A DNA stretch of 58,887 nt, counting the filler, from Jimgerdemannia flammicorona (Eukaryota), in NCBI GenBank assembly GCA_003990765.1. It is 3 parts of 3 records of this genome, joined end to end, with 100 filler letters (N's around TTAATTAATTAA, not from the genome) between each part and the next. Parts side by side here need not be neighbours in the genome. Positions count along the whole stretch, not along the records: positions 39,328 to 58,887 come from RBNJ01001911.1; 2 more parts are not named here. One strand, 5' to 3'. Each line of letters opens with the position of its first letter. Positions within the stretch are counted from its first letter, which is position 1. The translations under genes and the position numbers were made by a program. The notes beneath the pieces are model-generated. The model was not told the origin of the DNA. It searched no databases and saw only the letters and a program-made list of their open reading frames with translations. This document shows positions 50,562 to 58,887 of the stretch, piece by piece.

Positions 50562-53169
50562 GTTGTTAGTCTCTTTTTGCTGAAAACGTTGTCGAAAGTG
50601 CCTTCCAAAGGTTGTGTAACCTGAATGGTACTGGAAAGAGATGCTCATCGAACTGTCTCACCTCTCTATTCCTTTGTCCATTCCAGTCTATCCAAATCAT
50701 CATCACACCTGACATCCTACAAGAGGAAGAGATCGACCTCCAATCCCTTCAGCTAAGTAAAAATGTTCCTGTATCAAACTGCACCCCATAACCCATTCAC
50801 ATTCAAAGAAAAAATATTGGTTGTACTATTCATAATGAAGTATAGAGTATTAATCTGGTCCAATCCTACTGCTCTATATTCATCTCTTTCTGTGCCATAT
50901 CTAGATTACATTCTGCTATCACCTCCTCCTCCTCTGCCTGCTGAGCCTCCAATCCTGCCAACAGTTCATTCATCTCCCCATCTGCCTTCTCCTCAAACTT
51001 CTTTTAGTATTCCAGACATGCCTCCTGCCAGAGCTACAATCTATGTCACTTGGCCCAACAGTATTTGGCCCTCTCACCAGCGACCCCAGCTAGCTCAGCC
51101 TCCTGCTCATCATCCACTTCATACTCTTCCTCCTCCAGATATATCGCAAGGATCTCTGCCTTCAATGCCAACTCCACACCATCCCTCTGCAGGACCTGCA
51201 CCCAATGCTCATTACTCATCACCCTCAAGTCCACCTCCCCCAGCTCTTTAGCCACCAGATTATTCATTATTCTACACATCCACAGTAGATTTCCTACCTC
51301 CTTCTTTCCCAGGGTTGCCAGGCACTCACCATCCAATATCATGGTATCAGCCCTAGTACTCACAGCCTCATCCCACACCTCTGGGACATCCACTAGTTTC
51401 TCCTCACTAACTGCCTCTACCTGTCCTCCATTTGCCACCTCAGGGACCCCAAATTGCACTCTCTGGGCCCCCTTCATAGGCACATCCTCCCCCACTCTAT
51501 GTCTGGAAGCTGGACCCCTCCTGATAAGTAGAGTAGGAGTAGGTGATTCTATCCAGTCTTTTTTCCAGACCTTAAGTGTACCATCAGCATATGGGTCACT
51601 GCCGGCTGCCTTCCTGCCCTCCTCTGATCCCTTCTCTATACCCCTACTATCTTCACCAGCTCAGACACTCACTTTGGCACCCCCTGTTTCCACCATTCCA
51701 CCAGCCTCCTTCTGTGGTCGATTTTCCAACTTGGCCAGTAGCTCCTTCTGACACTTACATCTCTGAACCTTTTCCTATTACACCTTGTCTACACGAATCT
51801 GCTTCCCATCCACTACCTCCAAGTGTGTCGACTTCTTAAAAGCCTTCCAAGCCTTCACTCACTACTCCACTGCTCTACTCAGTTCTTCTAGTGCCTCCAG
51901 CAAGTCCTCCTCCTCCTCCTCACTCCTCTTCACCCTCATCACCTTGCACAAGATTGCCCCCCAGACCATCTCTGATGGCCAGTCCCTTGTCTTCCCAGTA
52001 GCTTCTTTTCCTGCCAGCCAAATCCTCACATCTACATCTCCTGTCCTAAGTGAGGTCCCCTTCCAGACTCTGAATCTAATATCTACCACCTTGCTATACT
52101 CCACCATGACCTTCTCAACTCTCCTTCTTATCTCTACTACTATCACTATGGGAACTTCTTTCACCAGTAGCTGGACCATCCTGGGGTCCCATTTCAGACA
52201 ACGTGCCATTGGGACACACACCTCCCCAACTATCAATCCAATCTTCAGTGCCTCCTCTAGGGGCTTGGCCTCCTCAAAACCAATCTTCACTCTCTCCAAT
52301 CCCTTCAGGAAATTCACCAATGCGGCTCCTGCCACCTGCTTGGCAATAAGCCCCAGTACCATTTTCGTCATCACTGCCAGGCCCCGGAAGCACAATGTCA
52401 CCATAAATGCCGAGATTAATTTTTTGAGTAATGGAGCCACTGCCAGGCCCATCACACCATCTGTCAAATCTCCTTATCTTCCAAGCCTCAGTTGCTTAGC
52501 CACACCATCAGTAGTCATATCTGGATTTTTTTCCAGATTGGCAGTCCCATCACTATCAGCCATCACATTCTCCCCAGCTGCTACTCCCCTAGCTCCACTA
52601 CTCTCACCTCCAAGAGCTGCTCCCCCACAAATGGTTGCCTTCTCTATCTCCTTACCTTTCCTCAGCTAGCCCTCTAGCCCAGTCACCTGCTGCCTCCCCT
52701 TCACCATCTCTACAAAGCTCACCCTCCCCGACCCTTGTCCTCCCCCATTGCCTCCTCCCCCACCTCATCCTCCCGCCAACAACTCCCTCATGCCTCCCCC
52801 CAGGCCAGGACCCCTCCCCACCTGCTGCCAGTTGAATGTACTAAGGCCACTCTACCCAGTATGCACCCCAGATTGCTTGCTGTTTGTCATTTCCTTAGTA
52901 TCTTTCTCCAATAAACATCTTGAAAGTGTGTTGTATAGTGTGTGTAACATGAGTGGTAGCTGATAAAGGTGATGTCTGGTGTTTCATAGATATGATTGTT
53001 ACAAGTATCACTAACTATAACATTCTAATTGATAATTAATGGCTTTATAAAATCAAGGCTATTATTGACCTCAATGTCCAGAAGATACAGATCAACTATA
53101 GTGGAAGAAAGATATAAGTCTCTATCAATGTCCACAAAGGAGTACTATCAGACATAAAGAAAGGATACC

Positions 53170-56100
53170 TTTCTTTAGTAATATTCAGATCAAACTACAG
53201 CTTTGTAGAGAAAAGATACTAGAGACATAGAAACTATTGAGTATTCCAAGATATATACTAGACAAGGTGGCCCTAGTGCTTTTGACTGGTAGTATGTAGG
53301 AAGAAGTCATAGCTTGGGGGAAAGCATGAGGAACTTTCTGGTCAGAGGAGGAGGAGGAGGAGGAGGCAGCACTGGTAGACCAGAGCTGAGGAGAGTGAGC
53401 TTTACTAATAAGATGAAGGGGGAGTGACCAGTGATAAGGCTGGAGGACTAGCTGAAGAAGGACAAGGAGATAGCAAAGACTGCAAGATATGAAGAAGTAG
53501 CCTATGGTAGTGGGGGCAGTGGAGCTGGAGGAGTAGTGGCTAGGGTAAGTAGGACTACTAATGGTAAGGAGACTGCCAATCTGGAAAAAAATCCAGATGT
53601 AACAACTGATGGTGGGGCTGGACAGGGGATGGGCACAAGACCTGGGAATCTGATAGATAGTATAACAGGCCTGGTAGTAGTCTTGTTACTCAAGAAATCA
53701 AGGTCAGAATTTGCCATCATATTATACTTCTAAGACTTGGTGGTGACCATAAGGATGATTCTAGAGCTGTTGATCCAAGAGGTGAAAGGAGCAGCCTCAG
53801 TCAAGTTTTTGGAGGGTAAGAAAGGAGTAGAGGTGAGCTTCAAGTAAGAGGAGATATATACTTCTGGAAGTGATGAAAAAGAGAGTGGTAGTAGGAGGGG
53901 TGATGGTTTCCATGGCCCAGTACTTATACTGAAATCCCCAAGTAGTGTAGTTAATGGTACTAGATATCTCTACAGTGTCAAAGGAGATGGCCAGAGATTG
54001 ATTGTAGAGGCTGTCAAGGAGTATAGAGATATAGTGGATGTTGGATTTCAGGTTTGAGAAGACATGAAATTCAGAATAAAAAATATAGACATCAGAGTGA
54101 GACTAATGGGTAAGAAGAGTATAGAGAAGGCAAGAGACTGGTTAGCAGTCCTCAAGTAGGAATCAGTAGAGTGTAAGGTCTCAAGAGTAAAAGAGATGCC
54201 AGAGGAGAAGAAGGACTTGTTGGAAGCATTGGAAGATCTGGTAGGTACAGTTGAGAGAAGAAGGCTTACTTAGAAGGAGTTTGAAGCTAAGACAGTTGTA
54301 GAGATGGTGAATGGTAAGAAGGTGTAGCTGGATCAGGCAGTCTGAGAGAAGATACAGAAGAGGTATATTTAGAAGGAGCTGTTGGCAAAGTTGGGTGGGG
54401 GGGCAGCAGGAGAGATGGCAATTAAAGATACTAGATTGAGAGCAAGTGATTGGGCAGGGGAGAAGGGAGTGGCACCCAAGGAGACCTGAGAGAATATTGG
54501 AGGCACAGGGCAGAGTATTACTATGGAAGATGAGAAGATAGATGAGGAGAAGTACACTTGATATGAGATATCAGCAGGTGCTGGAGGAGAGGATGAGCTA
54601 CAGAATATGCTAGAGGAGGTCTGGGATAAGTTAGTTAAGATGAACAATGAGAGAGGACAGGAGGAAGGGGAGAAGAGGGTGGTACAAGGAGTAGAAGAAG
54701 CTGTGAATGAGGAGAAATAGCTGTGAAAAATGCTGATAAATGTGGCAGCTGAGAAACTGGAGGAGATAGACTTTCAAGTACTAAGTGAGAGATACTAGAG
54801 AGAAATTCTGCATAGAGAGGGAGTACCAAGGAAACTCAGAAATGAGATAATGGCAACTTTTCTGGAGGCTGAGACCTATCAAGTAGATGGTGTCAGGGAG
54901 GCCACTCTTTTGGCAATTGTAAATAACAGAACTGACTACTTGTGGGGTCCAAGGAAGGGGATGGTAAAATAGTGGATAGTGTATAAGGAGTATAGGGTGG
55001 ATATAGAAGCAGTAGATGGTGCTAACTGCTAGGAGATCTTGGAGACATTAGAGACTCATCAGGAAGAGGCTGATGAGTTGGAGGCAGAAAGGAATTTAGA
55101 TATTATGAGTGAGGCAAAGAGTATCGAATTGTAGAGTGAATGGCTATTTACTAAGAAAAACTTTATTTAATATGAACAGTATAATTAGGATTTTCTCTTT
55201 AAATATCAATGAGCTATAAAGAGTAGTAAGGTATCAAAATATCTTTGGCTGGCTGAGAGGGTTGGATGCAGATTTGTTTCTACTACAGAATGTTGGATGT
55301 GATGGAGAATTAGATAGTCTGGACTGGACAAAGGAATGGGGTGGGATAGCTATCTGATAGAGGTATATGGGTATACTGGTTAGGAAGGACAAGGGGGACA
55401 TTGGGAATATTAGATATTAGAGAAGCAAGATTGTATAGAGAGTATGGAAGAGACTGGGTTGGTGTCTCTTGACTGTTGGTTCATGCTATTATCCAACAAA
55501 AAGGAGAGAGAGAGTAGAATGGATTCAAGAGCTATGAGAATCTGGAGTATTGTTGGAGGCAGAGATTGACTGTTTAGGTAGAAACTTTAATATGATACAG
55601 GATAGGAAGATTGACAAGACTGATGGGAGAAGAGGAATATCTGGTAGGAGTGGTGAGATAGAGAACTGGGAAATAGTTGAATGACTGAGTTCCTTAGTAG
55701 ATACTGAGAGACTTGGAGGGGGGAAATGCCAGGTCTACATTCACTGAGTAGTAGGGTTGAGCTCTAGGATAGATTGGATGTTGACTGCTAATTGCTAGAG
55801 AGATAATATCTGGAGATCTTTAGAAACTGTTTGGTATCTATGGTCAGATCACTGGGGTCTTCTGGGAGAGGAGAGTTTTGGGAGTAGTAGGGAAGAGCCT
55901 GAACATTGGTGCCTAAATACTGTATTGCTAGGAGAGACCCCCCTTATAGGAGGCATGGGTTGTAGATATTAGTTTTAGGATTCTGGGATAGTGAGTAGAG
56001 GGGCTGACAATTGGGGATTACTAGAAGTAGATGAAGTCTGATGTGTAATGATACTGGGAAGAGGTAGATAAGATGCAGAGTACTCAGAGAAGGAGACAGG

Positions 56101-58887
56101 TGAGGTGGACCTCCCAGAGGTTGATAAGATTGATAATATCATGGGCAGCTCTGCTGAATGAGAGTGAAGAGAGAGATTGGAGGGCCCAGTGGATCTAGCT
56201 GAAGGTAGAGAAGTTGGAGAGTTTGCTGAGGTAAGAAGAGGATATACAGGTTTAGAGCATAGTGGTCCAGCTGTGATAGCAAGCACTAGAGGAGAAGGAG
56301 AGGCCTACAAAGTATCTATCTCACCTTCTACAGGTAAGAAAAGTACAGCAGTAGTGGGAAGAGATATTAGACAAGGCAGAAGAACTGGTGATTAGAGTTC
56401 TAGAGATTTTGGACTAGCTGAGTATATAGTGGGGAAGATTATAGAGTGAGGAGAATGGGGGAGTAGGGGTACTAAATATTGATAGATACTTAGAGAACTA
56501 GTACCCCAAGCTGGTAGTTAGTTTAGGGGACATTGGTGCTGCTGTTCAGAGAGATGAGATCTGGTGAATACTGTAGTTGATAAGCTCAGAGACAGCATCT
56601 GGGGAGAATGACTTATCTTGGGATTTTTGGAAGAAGATGGCAGATATCAAGCTGATTTTGAAGGAAATATCTGTAATGTATGATGAGGTGATTAGCTCTG
56701 GGGTATGGATTGGAGGGCAGTACTTGAGTCTAGTGATACTGCTATTTAAGAATAAGAAAAGGAGAGAGGAGTAGAAGAACTGGAGGCTGATCATACTTCT
56801 AGATATAGATTGCAAACTGATCATAAAGATCCTGGTGACTAGACTGCAGAGAGTGGCTCAGCAGGTCCTGGAGGCTGAATAGAGGGGTTTTATTGATAGC
56901 CACCTAATCAGAGATAAGACAGTCTGGATACATAGTATCATTGAAGGGACTTGTACTGCCAGAGTAGATAGAAGGCTAGTCTTTCTGGACTAAGAGAAGG
57001 TCTATGACAGGGTCTGGTGAGTGTGGTTGAAGAGGGTGCTCAAACATATAGGGGTCCCCCCAGAAATCTAGCAGGCCTTAGTTAGTCTGCTGGAAGAGAG
57101 TTAGACTACTATTATGGTGAATGGGCATAGGGGGATTTCTTTCTCTCTGGGCAGAAAGGTACTACAGGGAGACCCACTATTGCTGATTTTATATACACTG
57201 TCCCTAGAACCTCTACTAGACAGGATAAGGCAAAGAGTAAAAGAGTTAGACATTCTGGAGGTTAACTAGAAGATGAGGGTATTTGTTGATGATATGGTAG
57301 TTGGATTGGAGTTGGCAGAGGATATGGCAGCTCTGAAAGACATAGTGGAGTGATATGTATAAGAGATGTTTGGGTACTAAGCTCAACTGACATAAGTGTG
57401 AGATACTGGTGTTGGAAGGATAGATAGTCAGTAGGGATGTAATTAGAACAATTGTCTCTACTGGTAAGATGGTTCGCTATCTGGAGATCTATTTCTCAGT
57501 ATATGGCTCCTTATTACTATGCAGATAGTGAGAGCAGTGGTTGGTAGAGTGGGGGAGTACTCTTTTGGGGTAGAGTGGTCAGTATATATAGGGTGACTAT
57601 ACTGAATGTATACTGGCTATCTAAGCTATAGTATCTGAGATATCACTTAGATTTCCTGGTATAGGTGGTCAAGAGGCTGCTGAAGATGGCTAGAATCTGG
57701 ATATAGGTAGGGCAGCAGAGTCAGATTGGCTGGGAGGTGTTGGCATTACCTATGAACTAAATAAGCCTTAGACTGATGGACTTTTCCAAATAACTTCACT
57801 GCTTGAGAGCATGGTGGCTGAAGTAAGCTAGTGAGTTAAGGGGTGAAGAGTAGGTCCCCCTCATGCAGAAGGTGTGGGAGGCTCAGTTCTCACCCCAGGA
57901 TATAACTAGAGACTTATTATCTCTGGTGGCTTTAGAAGGGAGTCAAAGGATGTAGTATAAGGGATTCTGATAGAGAGTAGTTGATGGGACTCACTGTATT
58001 AGTCTCTGATAGTAGAGTAATGAGGGGGAGGAGAAATAGGGACCCCAGATATAGAGGTGGGACTGCTTTCTGCTAGGTGGGGCACCAGTAGATAACTTTA
58101 GCTTAGAGAATAGTATGGAGTGTCTTTGGGAGTGAGAGAGAGATCTGTGGCCTAAAGTATAGCAGAGGGTTGGAATTGGTAAAGAGTGGGACTGGAATAA
58201 CATTTAATCATGGGGCAAGCAGATAGCAAGATGGATTCCCCCCAAGTTTTGAGTGGCTTGGTGGTATCTTCTTCAGTACAATGTCATATTAAATTATCAG
58301 TCAGAATACTTGATCAAAGATGATATTCAGAAGTATGAGGAGTGTCTAAATATCAGGCAGGAGGAAGGAGTAGTCCAAACTTCTGAATATTGATTGAAAG
58401 AGTGTAGGATGTTAAGGGACTTCTGGAGGGCAATAGAGGGTAGCTGAAGATGTACTCTCTAGAGCTAGCAGCAGGAGGGAGATGGAGGGACCTTCAGGGG
58501 AGACTGGTGGGAGGGGTGAGAAATGAGTGAGTAATGTTAGATTGGATACTGGTGATCTGGGTAGAGCTAGCTAGACATTGGCTATATGTGTTTTAAGAAG
58601 GTGTACAGCTGCCTTTGAGGGTAAGAATTACTAGATGAGAGTGATTGATGATGGATCTGTTGAATAGGTGGTGGAGGGAGGAGGATATTGGAGAGAGATA
58701 TGGAGGAGACTGATAGAGATAATTTGTAGAAAGAGTGAGAGGAGGATTGGAGTCACTGGAGGATTGATGAAATTTTAGGAAAGTGGAGAGGAGGAGAAGT
58801 ACTCTCAAGTGGAATTAGGTGAGGGGTTCTATAAGTATATATATATATTATAGATAGTTAGATAATAAAATAGTAGTCCTTATAACT
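53170..58887 (+). mobile_element. Old, heavily mutated near-full-length LINE family A copy
   Basis: ORF1 relic ~53230-55133, ORF2 start ~55172, RT relics (QGDPL ~57165, FVDD ~57282). The 3' UTR reaches the window end. Confidence 0.88.

Larger units (their letters stand above)
44764..50650 (-). mobile_element. Full-length L1/Tx1-like LINE (inner, least decayed full-length copy)
   Basis: 16-bp TSD AACTGTCTCACCTCTC at 44748-44763 and 50651-50666. Poly(A) tail and two ORFs. Confidence 0.95.
41188..52986 (-). mobile_element. Full-length LINE family A copy (outer, ~5.9 kb net) containing a nested copy
   Basis: Poly(T) start. 14-bp TSD TAGATATGATTGTT at 41174-41187 and 52987-53000. ORF1, EN and RT (GVPQGDPLSP, FADD) relics. 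Confidence 0.92.
39869..53165 (+). mobile_element. Second element-2-family gag-protease fragment (39869-41187 and 53001-53165), split by LINE insertion
   Basis: Colinear with 25050-26600 (TSAYTLYQIEDYIFDAIIDT). Sequence resumes after the TSD at 53001. Confidence 0.85.

Noticed and set aside
49669..52669. Long plus-strand ORFs (304, 233 and 294 aa) opposite LINE ORF1
   Set aside because: Ser/Pro/Thr-rich shadow frames expected from the purine-rich LINE sense strand.
9187..53000. Sequence-specific targeting by the non-LTR elements
   Set aside because: The six TSDs found share no clear consensus.
1..58887. CRISPR arrays, rRNA or prokaryotic defence systems
   Set aside because: No regularly spaced repeats or operon structure. 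The content is eukaryotic retroelements and one intron-containing gene.

Overview
Eukaryotic DNA, most likely an early-diverging fungus such as a Mucoromycota species. That assignment is an inference from the short GT-AG introns and chromodomain Ty3/gypsy elements. The window is three contigs joined by artificial N/TTAATTAATTAA linkers. About 90% is a nested retrotransposon pile: (i) three distinct Ty3/gypsy LTR families, each with a dUTPase domain; (ii) an L1/Tx1-like LINE family with two TSD-flanked full-length copies (one inside the other), one older near-full-length copy and fragments; (iii) a poly(A)-tailed retroposon with no recognisable RT. The repeats are strongly CpG-depleted and inactivated mainly by C>T/G>A nonsense changes, with reading frames largely kept. 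One CpG-normal island (~15.8-19.56 kb) holds a 10-exon, 5'-incomplete minus-strand gene whose reconstructed protein resembles GEMIN4 of the SMN complex. The most unusual signals are a ~362-codon orphan ORF with its own promoter-like motifs inside a ~2.05 kb LTR, a putative CxH-x12-CxxC module beside the dUTPase in two different gypsy families, and the fungal GEMIN4-like gene. All homology calls are by eye from remembered motifs; no searches were run.
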